Positions 1-10,133 are shown, counted from the stretch's first letter. The stretch: DNA of 64,000 nt from an uncultured Planctomycetaceae bacterium (GCA_963815195.1 CAWFGE010000012.1:160001-224000); one strand, 5' to 3'. Translations and numbers: made by a program. Notes: generated by a model not told the origin, from the letters alone.

Positions 1-2
1 TG

Positions 3-1346
3 CGGGAAGATTTAACTCTCCGCGTCCCCGAACACGCGGAAATCAAGACCCAGGCCGCGGGCCAATCCCAAACCGGGCATCTGCGAGATTTGAACCTGGG
101 CGATGAAGTCACGGTGACCCATTTCGACGAACTGGGCGACAAGCCGGGCCGATTCGTGGTGCGGCTGTCGGTGCTCAAAGTCGAAGACGGCGTGGGCTTC
201 GTGGCGGAGGTCGATCCCCAAAAACGCACGCTCACGATTACCTCGGGCCTCAATCAAAACGATAAAAAACGCCTGCGCGTCGCGGAGGGTTGCGAGATGA
301 CATTGGCCGGCACTCCCATCACGCTCGCCGATCTCAAACCCAAAGACCGGGTGCGTTTCCGCTTTGACACCGAGTTCCGCAAAATCCTCGTGCTCCGTGA
401 CCAGACGCTGTCCGAGGCCGTCGTGGATGATGTCCGTCTCGACGAGCGGCAGTTGCAAGTCTCCGACGCCCAGGGCCAGATGCGTACGTTTCACATTCCC
501 GCCGGCTGCGAAATCACCCTGCGAAATGAACCCGCCTCCTTAGCCGATTTGCGGAAGTACGACACGCTCGACCTCACCTGGCACGAGTCCGAAACCCTGC
601 CCGCGGCCAGCAGCGTTTATGGGCTGAGCCGGAGGGTCGACGAACAGCGGGCGGCCCTGCTCATCGGCATCGAGAAGTACGACGACCCCGCTTTGACCCG
701 GCTGTCGTTTCCCGTTGCCAACATCGAACTGCTCCGCAAAACGCTCGTGGACCGCTACGCCTTCAACCCGGACCGCATCGAAATCCTCACCAACCCCGAC
801 CGCACGCAGCTTCGCGCGGACGTGGAACAATTCCTGAGCGGGCAGGGCCGAAGCACGCAGGTCATCGTGTATCTCTGCGGCCACGTGTACCGCATCCCCG
901 GTGAGCATTACGTCATCGCGGCGAAGCATTTTGAATGGGACCGCCGGGCCGAGACCGGCGTGCCGATCGATTGGCTCGTCCAGGCGATGGAAAACTGCCC
1001 CTCCCAAAACAAACTGCTGCTCTTGGACACCTGCCATCCGGGGCTGGGCGCGGACTCGATGTCCGAACCCTCGCCCGAAACCGTGCTGGCGAGCCTCAAA
1101 CAGCCTCCCAAAACCACGACCATCATCGGCAACTGCGAAAACGGGGAACGCGGGTTTCTCGTCAACGAGGAACAATACAGCCTCTTCGCCCACGAAGTCG
1201 CCAAGGGCTTCGGCGGCCCGGCCGACGCCGACCGCGATCTGATGATCCGCCCCGCGGAGCTTTATCGCTACCTCAAGTCGGCCCTCAAAAACGCCAAAAT
1301 CCCCGGCGGCAAAACCCAAACGCCTTACCGGTTGGGCGGCGAATGA
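3..1346 (+). CDS. Caspase-like (peptidase C14) domain protein with repeated N-terminal beta domains; 5'-truncated by window edge
   Basis: Frame open from base 3; ALLIGIEKY, YLCGH and LLLDTCH (His/Cys dyad), DADRD and QTP motifs typical of bacterial C14 domains; repeated 'LADLKPKDRV/LADLRKYDTL' units upstream. Confidence 0.8.
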   Translation, partial: REDLTLRVPEHAEIKTQAAGQSQTGHLRDLNLGDEVTVTHFDELGDKPGRFVVRLSVLKVEDGVGFVAEVDPQKRTLTITSGLNQNDKKRLRVAEGCEMTLAGTPITLADLKPKDRVRFRFDTEFRKILVLRDQTLSEAVVDDVRLDERQLQVSDAQGQMRTFHIPAGCEITLRNEPASLADLRKYDTLDLTWHESETLPAASSVYGLSRRVDEQRAALLIGIEKYDDPALTRLSFPVANIELLRKTLVDRYAFNPDRIEILTNPDRTQLRADVEQFLSGQGRSTQVIVYLCGHVYRIPGEHYVIAAKHFEWDRRAETGVPIDWLVQAMENCPSQNKLLLLDTCHPGLGADSMSEPSPETVLASLKQPPKTTTIIGNCENGERGFLVNEEQYSLFAHEVAKGFGGPADADRDLMIRPAELYRYLKSALKNAKIPGGKTQTPYRLGGE

Positions 1347-1445
1347 CCCACGGATGCGACACCGCGCAATGGTTCGTCGAGCCGGCGTTTGGGCCTGTCT
1401 CTCTCGCTTTTCTCTCCATTTTTTCACGATTTGCCCACATGGAAA

Positions 1446-1473
1446 TTGCCTTTCGCGACGAAAGATGTATAAT
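1446..1473 (+). promoter_or_regulatory. Sigma70-like promoter
   Basis: TTGCCT-N16-TATAAT upstream of the 1557 ORF. Confidence 0.45.
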
Positions 1474-1556
1474 TATGTTCAGTTAGGGGTGATTGCGGGG
1501 ATTGGGCTCCGCGGCCCTGTGTCGCATCTTTCGGTCTTTGTTTGGGAGGATGAATT

Positions 1557-1928
1557 GTGGAAGCGACCATCCGATTGGCGGGAGGCAACCGCCTGGTGAA
1601 AGTGGAAGGCGAAACGGCGAAAGACCTGTTCGAGAACATGGCCATGGCCTATGAGGTGTTCAATGAGACCGCCTGCGGCTTGTGCGGGTCCACGAACATT
1701 CGGCCCGTGCATCGCGTGGCCGACAAGTACCACTTTTACGAATACCATTGCCAGGAGCCCGGCTGTTGGGCCCGCCTGAGTTTGGGCCAACTCAACGACA
1801 ACCACGGGGCCTTGTTCCCCGTCCGCAAGCTGATGGGCAACGGCAAACCGAGCTTCAAGCACGGCGACTACGGCCCCCACCAAGGCTGGACGAAATACAA
1901 AGGCGAACCCGCGGCCAAAGCGTCGTAG
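1557..1928 (+). CDS. Hypothetical zinc-ribbon protein
   Basis: GGAGG RBS + GTG; CGLC...CQEPGC cysteine pairs; coding-like codon usage. Confidence 0.75.
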   Translation: MEATIRLAGGNRLVKVEGETAKDLFENMAMAYEVFNETACGLCGSTNIRPVHRVADKYHFYEYHCQEPGCWARLSLGQLNDNHGALFPVRKLMGNGKPSFKHGDYGPHQGWTKYKGEPAAKAS

Positions 1929-1946
1929 CTTCTTGAGGGAGTCCCG

Positions 1947-2591
1947 GTGGCAGTCAAACTTTCCCAAGAACCGAGCCCGGCATTCGACCTTCCCAGCAAA
2001 GACTGTTGGGTCGTCAAGGTCGGCGGGAGTTTGTTGAATCACCCGCAGTTGACGAAACGGCTGCGGAAAGTCGTCCGCCGGGTCTCCCCAAAACCTTTGC
2101 TGGTCGTCGGCGGCGGGCCGGTCGCGGATGCCGTTCGCCAATGGGATCAAACCCATCCGCTTTCGGCGTCCGCCGCCCATGGGCTCGCCATTCGGGCGAT
2201 GGACTTCAACCGGCATTTGATCGAAACCTTGCTGCCTGAAGCGGCCGCGGTGGCCGATCCTCATTCAGCGGCCGCGGTTTGGGAGCAAGAGGGGATCGCG
2301 GTTCTTAAAGTCCGGGACTGGCTGCGGGCGGAGGAAGACCATGCGGAAACGTTGCCCCACTCCTGGGATGTGACGAGCGATTCGATCGCCGCCTGGGCCG
2401 CCATTCGCTGGCGGGCCGCGGGTTTGCTGCTGTTGAAATCGGTTGATCTTCCTCCGCATTCGCCGGAAGGGCGGTCCGCAGGCGAACCTGCTTTCGTGGA
2501 TCGATACTTTTCCCAGTTCGCATCACGGCTGCCGCGAATCGCGTGGTGCAATCTCGCCTCGCCCGGCGGCGAGATTGTGGATTGGAAGTGA
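1947..2591 (+). CDS. Amino-acid-kinase-fold protein, MfnE/Orf21-like (methanofuran/H4MPT-linked C1 pathway)
   Basis: VVKVGGSL, VGGGPVADAVR, WDVTSDSIAAW, LLKSVD, VDRYF motifs. Confidence 0.75.
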   Translation: MAVKLSQEPSPAFDLPSKDCWVVKVGGSLLNHPQLTKRLRKVVRRVSPKPLLVVGGGPVADAVRQWDQTHPLSASAAHGLAIRAMDFNRHLIETLLPEAAAVADPHSAAAVWEQEGIAVLKVRDWLRAEEDHAETLPHSWDVTSDSIAAWAAIRWRAAGLLLLKSVDLPPHSPEGRSAGEPAFVDRYFSQFASRLPRIAWCNLASPGGEIVDWK

Positions 2592-2603
2592 CCCCCCCAA
2601 CGA

Positions 2604-2654
2604 AAAAACGCCGCGTCCCGTGAGTGACTTTCACCCATCGGACGCGGCGTTTTG
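2604..2654. terminator. Bidirectional intrinsic terminator
   Basis: AAAACGCCGCGTCC...GGACGCGGCGTTTT inverted repeat between convergent genes. Confidence 0.7.
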
Positions 2655-2681
2655 CATTTTGTGCCGTCGCCTCGTTTCTCG

Positions 2682-3146
2682 TTAATTGAAGAACGGGTTG
2701 GACAGGTTGGTGTTATAGATCGGTTGCAGCGGCCGAGCGGAACCGGTCACGAAACGCGAGTTGTTGCGGTAGCCATCATAGGGCCGATTGGCGGTGTAGC
2801 GGTTGAGATAGGACTGGGAATAGTTCGCGGCAGGATAGCGGGCCGCGGTCCCGAAGTCGTTTCGCGAAGTCCAGTTCGCGGGGTAATTGGTGCCCCGATA
2901 CGAGCCGTACCCGCCGGTCTGTCGGCATTGGCCGTTGGGGCAGTTGCCGGTGGAGCAGGCTCCGGTCGTGCAGCGGCCGTTCGCACAGTTGACGTTCGAG
3001 ACCCCCGCCGCGTAGCGGCCCGGCAAAGCCTGGGCCACGGGCAAGCGATATGCCGAGGCCCCGTACCAATCGGCGGCTTTCACAGCGGACTGGCCCATCA
3101 CACCCATCGCCAACATCGCTCCGCACAGCATCATGAAGTTTTTCAT
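2682..3146 (-). CDS. Secreted low-complexity protein with CxxGxC repeat
   Basis: Signal peptide (..SAVKA), CANGRCTTGACSTGNCPNGQC segment, AAGGAAG RBS. Confidence 0.75.
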   Translation of the reverse strand: MKNFMMLCGAMLAMGVMGQSAVKAADWYGASAYRLPVAQALPGRYAAGVSNVNCANGRCTTGACSTGNCPNGQCRQTGGYGSYRGTNYPANWTSRNDFGTAARYPAANYSQSYLNRYTANRPYDGYRNNSRFVTGSARPLQPIYNTNLSNPFFN

Positions 3147-3249
3147 CTCTTCACTTCCTTTCGAGAAACTTTGAAACGGTTTTCACCTTTTGGCAGCGAT
3201 TCTTGGAAAATCATTTTGAATCATTCCGCCAAGACTGGTGTTGCGAATA

Positions 3250-3266
3250 TGCATCAATCGTGCCAA
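3250..3266 (-). promoter_or_regulatory. Sigma54 -24/-12 promoter for the 3146 gene
   Basis: Minus strand reads TTGGCACGATTGATGCA (GG-N10-GC). Confidence 0.7.
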
Positions 3267-3588
3267 AGCCCTCACGAAAATGATTCGGAAAACAGACGGG
3301 TTATAAGAATTGCTCCAGCGATCCGCGTGTTTCCTAAAAGAATATAAGGCCTGGCTCTCGAAAACTGTTTTCAATTTGAATTGAACAACCTACAAATGAA
3401 TCAAAAGAACTCGAAACAGGGGATACTTAATATCAAAAGTATTGAAAACCTTGTCCCAATTCGGTTGTAGATTCGTGGAAAAAAATTCGGAAACCCAAAT
3501 CGGTCCGAAAGAGTGGTTTTTACTCAAACCTGTATGTTTAAGCGACTTACAAGAAATCCATGTATAAAAAATTTCTCTTGACACGCCT

Positions 3589-3605
3589 TTGGCACGCCCT
3601 CTGCA
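3589..3605 (+). promoter_or_regulatory. Sigma54 -24/-12 promoter for csrA
   Basis: TTGGCACGCCCTCTGCA (GG-N10-GC). Confidence 0.7.
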
Positions 3606-3719
3606 ATAGTCGCTGTCAACCTGAGTCAAACGGCCCGACGCAAAGTGCAACCGACCTGAGACTCATTCCTCCTCACCGGGCGGGTTATACCGCCTGCAAC
3701 GAAAAGAAAGGAATCGACC

Positions 3720-3971
3720 ATGCTCGTCCTCACCCGCAAACAATCGGAAATGATCCACATCGGCGACGACATCGTTGTCAAAGTGATTCGGACTGGCAAA
3801 AGCACGGTGAAAATCGGCATCGAAGCCCCCGCCCATGTGCGGGTATTGCGGGCGGAGCTGTGCGACGACGGCCCTCAGGTTCCCAAACCGAACCTGGTGG
3901 ACCTGCCCAGCCGCCTCGACCTGACCATGAAAACCGCCGTCTACTCCGACCAATACCCCCACGTCGTCTAA
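3720..3971 (+). CDS. csrA: Carbon storage regulator CsrA
   Basis: MLVLTRK..E.IHIGDDIVVKV...VKIGIEAP..V.VLRAEL. Confidence 0.92.
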   Translation: MLVLTRKQSEMIHIGDDIVVKVIRTGKSTVKIGIEAPAHVRVLRAELCDDGPQVPKPNLVDLPSRLDLTMKTAVYSDQYPHVV

Positions 3972-4230
3972 GCCGCTCGCCGGTGATGTGGGAACCTGAC
4001 GAACGTTTTTTTCAGAACTCAAAACTCAACGAAGCAGAAACCAGAAGATTTAAGACTTAAAATCATCATCCTCAGGCCTTGGGCATCATTGGGGTTCTCA
4101 AGGGGAGGTTCGCAAGGGGGCGAAACTCGGGATGGTGTTCCTCGCAGTGACGGAGGAATCGGGACAAGCTTCCGCAGGGAGAAGGCGGGGCACCCGGTTT
4201 CGTGGCCGACACGCGAAAGGACGTGTAACG

Positions 4231-6354
4231 ATGTTGTCCTACACAACGCACCATGCAAAATGTGGGGGAAACCGTGGGGCCTCTTTGATCACAAAAGCGG
4301 GACTCGCTCTCGCGGCCTTGATGGCAACCCTGTTCTTGGGGAACGCGGCCAGCGCCCAAACCGGCGACTATTTCCGCAGCGACAACCTGGCCCCGGCTTA
4401 TCAAACCAACGGCTACGACCGGGGATATAACAACGACCTCCAGGGCAATTATTTCACCGACGACGACAACGGCTCGTTCAGCAATCAAAATTCCCGCGAC
4501 AATCGGGGTTGGCTGGCACCGCCGCGGAACGATCGGCCCGCGTACGGAGACTTTCAGGGGGACCGCTATTCGCCGGAACCGCCCCGCGATTCCCGCAATC
4601 GGGATCGGTTCAGCCTCAGCAGTTCCGGACGCCGCGGACGGTTAGGCGGCGGCCTCAATCAAAATGGCCGGACCGATTACCAAGCCCGGCGGGTTCCACT
4701 GCCGGATCTGAACGATCGCGGTCTGAACTCGAATCCGTACGATTTCCGCGACCGCGACAATTCCGATCCGTATGCCGCCCCGTATGCCGCCCCGTTGCCG
4801 CGGGATTACACCCCGCCCCAGCAGCCGCTGCCCAACAATCGGCTGAGCCCGAACAGTTCTCCGTGGCTTGACCAACGCGACTATGCTCCGCCTCGCCCGG
4901 CGATTCATCCGGCGGACGAGTTGTCGGAATCGGAGCAAATCCAGCAGCACCTGTCGGCCCGGTATGGGAACCCGGTGATCCAGCGGTTCATCTATAACAT
5001 TTCGCCTGAACAAACTTTGAACGCCTACCGCGAATCGATGCAACTGGTCGACGCCCGGGCTCTCAATCCGACTTCTTACGAAGCCCGGACGCAGCGGACC
5101 GCGAAGAACTTGATCGAAGGCCTGAGGAACCGCGAGTTTCTTGCGGCCAACCGGATTTCGCCCTCGCCGGCCCAGGTGCAAACTTTTGAGACGGCCATGA
5201 ATCAGCTCCTGCAAAGCCGCCCGGTGCAAAGCCAAAGCGACGCCGTGCAAATGATCTACGCGATGGCGAACCTGGCGTACAACGATGTGGGCATCCGCCC
5301 GACGAGCGTGGTGATGGAGTCCATCTTCGGAGCCACGGAAACTTTGGACAAATACTCGACCTTCCTTCCCGAAGACCCGACTCGCCAGCCGAGCGCGAGT
5401 GCTCTCGACGACAGCGTGGTGGGCATCGGGGTGGAGATCAAACCGAATGACCAAGGCGTCGAAGTCGTCAAAGCCTTGCCGGGCGGACCGGCTCAGGCGG
5501 CGGGACTTCAAGCCGGCGACATCATCACGGGCATCAACGGCCAATCGATTCGCGGTCAGAACCTGAACTACGCCGCCGACTTGATCACCGGTCCCGCCGG
5601 CAGTCCGATTTCGCTCAACATTGTGCGGAACGGCCGGCAACAGAGCCCGCTGAACCTGGTTCGCCGGGAAGTGAAGATTCTAAGCGTCAGCGAAGTCAAG
5701 ATGCTGGGGCAAAGGAACGATGTCGGGTACATCAAGCTCGACAAGTTCGCCCAGAACTCCAGCCAGGAAATGGACCAGGCGTTATGGAAGCTGTATCAAT
5801 CGGGCATGAAGTCGCTGGTGCTCGACCTGCGGGGCAACCCCGGCGGGCTCTTGACCACGGCGATTGAACTGTCCAACAAGTTTCTGCCCTCCGGGACGAT
5901 CGTCTCGACCCGCGGCCGGAACGCCCAGGACAACACGACCGAAACCGCCAACTCGACGCAGACTTGGAAAGTGCCTCTGGTGGTGTTGGTCGACGGAAAC
6001 AGTGCCAGTGCCAGCGAAATCTTCGCGGCCGCCATTCAAGAAAACGGGCGGGGCGTGATCGTGGGCCGGCACTCCTACGGCAAGGGCACCGTGCAAACGC
6101 ACTTCCCCTTGCGGTCGATCACCGGCAACTTGAAACTGACGACGGCGAAGTTTTATTCGCCCAAGGGCCGGGAAATGGCCGGGGCCGGCGTCCAACCGGA
6201 CGTGCTCGTGAACAATACCGCTTACCGCGGCGCGATCGGCACGGCCGGCACCTCGGACCAGGACATCCAAACGGCGGTCCAAGTCGCCGAAAGCGGCCGG
6301 GCCCAGAACGATCTGGCCTCGACCAGCCAACCCGCCCGTTCCTTCGGGCGGTAA
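4231..6354 (+). CDS. S41 carboxyl-terminal protease with PDZ domain and long low-complexity N-terminus
   Basis: GIGVEI (PDZ), LDLRGNPGGLL, SASASEIFAAAI, SYGKGTVQ; AAAGGA RBS before ATG 4231. Confidence 0.9.
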   Translation: MLSYTTHHAKCGGNRGASLITKAGLALAALMATLFLGNAASAQTGDYFRSDNLAPAYQTNGYDRGYNNDLQGNYFTDDDNGSFSNQNSRDNRGWLAPPRNDRPAYGDFQGDRYSPEPPRDSRNRDRFSLSSSGRRGRLGGGLNQNGRTDYQARRVPLPDLNDRGLNSNPYDFRDRDNSDPYAAPYAAPLPRDYTPPQQPLPNNRLSPNSSPWLDQRDYAPPRPAIHPADELSESEQIQQHLSARYGNPVIQRFIYNISPEQTLNAYRESMQLVDARALNPTSYEARTQRTAKNLIEGLRNREFLAANRISPSPAQVQTFETAMNQLLQSRPVQSQSDAVQMIYAMANLAYNDVGIRPTSVVMESIFGATETLDKYSTFLPEDPTRQPSASALDDSVVGIGVEIKPNDQGVEVVKALPGGPAQAAGLQAGDIITGINGQSIRGQNLNYAADLITGPAGSPISLNIVRNGRQQSPLNLVRREVKILSVSEVKMLGQRNDVGYIKLDKFAQNSSQEMDQALWKLYQSGMKSLVLDLRGNPGGLLTTAIELSNKFLPSGTIVSTRGRNAQDNTTETANSTQTWKVPLVVLVDGNSASASEIFAAAIQENGRGVIVGRHSYGKGTVQTHFPLRSITGNLKLTTAKFYSPKGREMAGAGVQPDVLVNNTAYRGAIGTAGTSDQDIQTAVQVAESGRAQNDLASTSQPARSFGR

Positions 6355-6360
6355 AAAATC

Positions 6361-6399
6361 AGGCGAGCGGTGTGGCTGACGCCCACCGCTCGCCTTTTT
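6361..6399. terminator. Intrinsic terminator between convergent genes
   Basis: AGGCGAGCGGTG...CACCGCTCGCCT followed by T run, preceded by A run. Confidence 0.75.
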
Positions 6400-6428
6400 G
6401 CGCCTTTTTGAGTTGCAAAATGCTTCCG

Positions 6429-9065
6429 TCAGTTCACGGAGCGGACTTCCAATTCCGCATCGAGGACCTGGCGGATTCGGCGTTGGGAATCCAAGAAGTG
6501 TGCCCGCGAGTAATCGTCGAGCTTGACCTTGTCATCCTTCAGCAGCGTGTCGATCTGACCGTCCAATGTGGAAAGGTGCATGCGGGCCAGGGTGCGGGCA
6601 TCTTCCGGAGCCCCGAATCCCGATACCACCAGCGACGCCAAATCCTTAAGCGCCATCCGCTGGAGTTGCCGGCGGAAGCTGGTCAGGTAAGGCTTGCGAG
6701 CCGTGTATTCGCCCGGCGCAGGTTTTTGCCATTCGGTGAAGATCCCATTCACCACCAACCGGAGATGCTCGGCCAGCGTGTAGGCGTCGGTTCCGTCCGC
6801 GACTTTCAGTTCGGTGTCGTGGAGGCGGGTCAGCGTCAGCCCGCTTAGAAGTTGGCTCAACAGCCGGGCTTGCATCATGCCCACGATGTCGTGGATCGGG
6901 TAATCGAGCCGGCTTAAGGAATCCATTCCCCAATGGCTCCACCGCGAGGCGGCCAGATGGTTGAGCAATTTGTGATCGTACTCCGGCGTGCCGAAGGCGG
7001 TTTCCGCGAGGAGCTTCATCGCGTCCCGCTGGTCTTTGGGATTCACGACTTCAAACGGGGCGCGCTGTTTGGGGTCGCCTTTGTGGTCCCGGTGGACGTG
7101 CACGCCGCCGGGAAATCTCGCGGCGAAGAACGCGGTCCGCCAATATTCGCTGAGCAACAACCCGAACGCCTGCCGGGCCCGCTGATAGCCGTCGCCGTCC
7201 TCGACCGAGCGCTCCAAAACTTTTTCCATTAGCTTTTCTGACATGGCCATTTGCTGGCGGGCGAAGTTGATGGGGCTTTGGCCCAGGTCGAAGCGGTTGG
7301 AGAGCGGATCGGAATCGTAGGAGCGGGTGTCCTCATCGGTTGAATAATCCAAGCCGTCTTCGCCGCCGCGGGCAGCGATCTTTTTGAGGTCCTCGTCGCT
7401 CGCGTCGGTCTTATAGCCGTATTCGATGGCCCAGTAGTCATAAGGGCCCAAGGTCGGCGAATAATACGGGCCTTGGCTTTCCTTCTTGGAAGCGATGTTG
7501 GGAGGCGAATAATCCATCACGCTCGCGATGGTCGCTTCTTCGGAATCGATGGGCAGCTTGTTGATCTCGTCGAGCGACTTCCAGGAACTGGCTTTGAAGT
7601 TGTGGCGGAGTCCGAGCGTGTGCCCGACCTCGTGCATGACGACTTCCTTGATCGCCTGGTGGATGAACTTGTCCGGCAGCTTGCCTTTGCCTTCGGTCGC
7701 GCCCTCGGCCATCAGCGCCGCGGCCGCATAGCCCATCTGCTGCTGCATGCCCACGCCCAGCGCGCAGCTTTTTACGAGCTGTTCCTGGCGGGACGCGAAG
7801 GGGTTTTCCGGCCGGGCGGGGAGGCCCTGCGGGATGTTGTTTTTGGCGGCTTCCACAAGCGACAAGGGTCCGCCACCCATCAATTGGGCCACGTCGCCTG
7901 GGGTGAAGGTTTCGTAATCGTGTTTCCAATAGCGGAGGAAGCTGGCATCGAAGATGATGTCCGCATCGAGGATTTCCCCGGTGAAGGGATTCACCCGCGA
8001 CGGCCCCATCGCAAAGCCGGCTTCCGCGGTGATCCAGCGGAACGTGTTATACCGGACATCTTCCGGGTCCCAGTCATCGTCGTCGCGCTGCTGGCGGACT
8101 TCGATGGCGTTGTCGAAACCGAGCTTGCGGAAGGCTTTGTTCCATTCCTCAATCCCCGCCCGGACATAAGGACGCAAATGGATCGGAACCGTCTTTTCCA
8201 GGTAGAACACGATCGGTTCTTTGGGCGGCGACAGCTTGGCTTTCGGGTCGGCTTTTTCCAGTTCCCAGCGGTTGATGTAGCGGATGAAATGCTCGTCTTC
8301 CTCGCTGGAGAAGTCTTTGAGGACGGTCATAAAATAGCCGACGCGGTCATCCGCCACGCGGGTTTTGTAGCCGTTTTCGGGGAGTTCGCTGATGCTGTAA
8401 TGCACATTGACCTGGACGCCCCGCGGGTCGGCGACGGTGTCGAAGCTCCGCGAGCCGGAATACACCGCGGCCACTTGCAGTTCGACATTGTGCGGAAACG
8501 CCTTGACCTTGGCCCAGGTGGAACGGTCGGAGGCGAAACGATACCCGATGGACTGCCCGATGCCTTGGTCGTCGCTCATGAAGATCGAGCTCATGTCCAC
8601 GAGATACCCGCCGCCTTCGCTCGAGAGAATCGGCAGGGCGTAGAGCACGCTGTCGCTGTAGGCTAAATGCACGGCCTCAGCTTCGGGCGTGCCCTTTTTG
8701 GCTTTGAACCGCACGTTCCGGCGGAGCACGTGCAGCTTGTCGCCGACTTTCTTGAACGACCACACGGCGTCATCGCCGAAGCCCCAACTCATGCCCCCCA
8801 GCACCTGCCCGCTGCTGATGCCCCGGGCGATCGAGGTGATCACGATGTAGTTCTTGCTGAGGTCGGCGGTTTTGATGTGCACCAGCAGTTTTTGATCTTT
8901 TTGATAGAGGGTGAACATCCCCTCGCTTTTTTTCATCTCTTTGGTGAGGGTTTCCAGCTTGGAGGCCGGTTTGTCCTGCCCGAAGACGGCCGGTCCTCGA
9001 GCGCTTCCCGCGCCCATTCCCAGGGCCAAAACTGCCGCCAGGCATCTTAAATTGACATTTCGCAT
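6429..9065 (-). CDS. Secreted zinc-dependent metalloprotease (EcxA-like, DUF5117/5118/4953 architecture)
   Basis: HEVGHTLGLRHNF, SVMDY Met-turn, DDRVGYF, PFTGEILDADI; signal peptide. Confidence 0.9.
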   Translation of the reverse strand: MRNVNLRCLAAVLALGMGAGSARGPAVFGQDKPASKLETLTKEMKKSEGMFTLYQKDQKLLVHIKTADLSKNYIVITSIARGISSGQVLGGMSWGFGDDAVWSFKKVGDKLHVLRRNVRFKAKKGTPEAEAVHLAYSDSVLYALPILSSEGGGYLVDMSSIFMSDDQGIGQSIGYRFASDRSTWAKVKAFPHNVELQVAAVYSGSRSFDTVADPRGVQVNVHYSISELPENGYKTRVADDRVGYFMTVLKDFSSEEDEHFIRYINRWELEKADPKAKLSPPKEPIVFYLEKTVPIHLRPYVRAGIEEWNKAFRKLGFDNAIEVRQQRDDDDWDPEDVRYNTFRWITAEAGFAMGPSRVNPFTGEILDADIIFDASFLRYWKHDYETFTPGDVAQLMGGGPLSLVEAAKNNIPQGLPARPENPFASRQEQLVKSCALGVGMQQQMGYAAAALMAEGATEGKGKLPDKFIHQAIKEVVMHEVGHTLGLRHNFKASSWKSLDEINKLPIDSEEATIASVMDYSPPNIASKKESQGPYYSPTLGPYDYWAIEYGYKTDASDEDLKKIAARGGEDGLDYSTDEDTRSYDSDPLSNRFDLGQSPINFARQQMAMSEKLMEKVLERSVEDGDGYQRARQAFGLLLSEYWRTAFFAARFPGGVHVHRDHKGDPKQRAPFEVVNPKDQRDAMKLLAETAFGTPEYDHKLLNHLAASRWSHWGMDSLSRLDYPIHDIVGMMQARLLSQLLSGLTLTRLHDTELKVADGTDAYTLAEHLRLVVNGIFTEWQKPAPGEYTARKPYLTSFRRQLQRMALKDLASLVVSGFGAPEDARTLARMHLSTLDGQIDTLLKDDKVKLDDYSRAHFLDSQRRIRQVLDAELEVRSVN

Positions 9066-9235
9066 GCGGACACTCCCAAAAACTGGGTGGAGGAGAAAAT
9101 CGCTGTGAGGATCGTCCCGGAACCGGATGGCCGGTTGGGGAAGAAGCCTTAGATGAATTCTGGGTGAAGAATCGCCGGCGTCAAGGGGCCGACCCGGCGG
9201 AATTTGCCGATTTTGCGAATTGTATGAAAATACGA

Positions 9236-10133
9236 TCAGGTGTCGGAGTTGTCGACAAACACCACGAGGCAGGTGATATTATCGCGGGAGCCGCCGGCTT
9301 CGGCCGCGTCGACGATGGTCTTGGCGGTTTCCTGGGGATTGTCATTGGCGGAGAGAAGCTCTTGGAGCTTGGCATCGTCCACGCCGTCGGTCACGCCATC
9401 GGAGCACAGCAAAAACCGGTCTCCCGGCTTGGGGAAGATTTCGCGGGGGTCGGTGCCGGTCCCGCCTTCCTTGGTGCCCAAGTAGCGGTAAAGCACGTTT
9501 TTGTAGCGGTGGTTGGCGGCTTCTTCTTCGGTGAGGGTGCCGGCTTCTTTCGAGCGCCTGGGTCAACGAATGATCCCGCGTGAGCTGCTCGAAGTTGCCG
9601 TCGCGGAGGAAATACGCCCGGCTGTCGCCGACGCCTCCGACGTAAAACGTGTTCCCCACGCCCACCACGAACACGATCGTGGTGCCCATGTTGTGAAATT
9701 CCGGCTCCATTTTGCCGAGGGCCATGATTTCGGCGTTGGCGTAGGCCACGGCTTCGTCGATGGACTTGCGGACCGTTTCTCGGGCGTCGTTCTCGAAGTT
9801 GATCAGTTGTTCGAGCTTTTCGGGAACGAGTTCGGTCGCCAATTGGCTGGCTTTTTCGCCCGCGGACTGGCCGCCCATCCCGTCCGCGACGAGAAAGAAC
9901 CGCCCCTCGGGATCGACATACAAATTGTCCTCGTTGTTGGAGCGAAAATTGCCGGTAATAGTCACGTAGCCGCAGCGTGTACGCATCATAGTTTTCACCG
10001 CGTGGGTGTCGGAAGAAGGCAATGAATTATTGTCATCCGGCAATCCCGCTTCATCAACCTTTTTTCCGGTCCCGTTGGGAGAACGCCCGAAAAATCCGAG
10101 TTTTTTTAGGATCGAAGTAAATAAGTTCTCCAT
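9236..10133 (-). CDS. PP2C-family Ser/Thr phosphatase (frameshift near 9550)
   Basis: RSNNED, VADGMGG, MGTT, VGDSRAY, TRDHS in one frame; [14 protein letters not shown] in the next. Confidence 0.88.
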
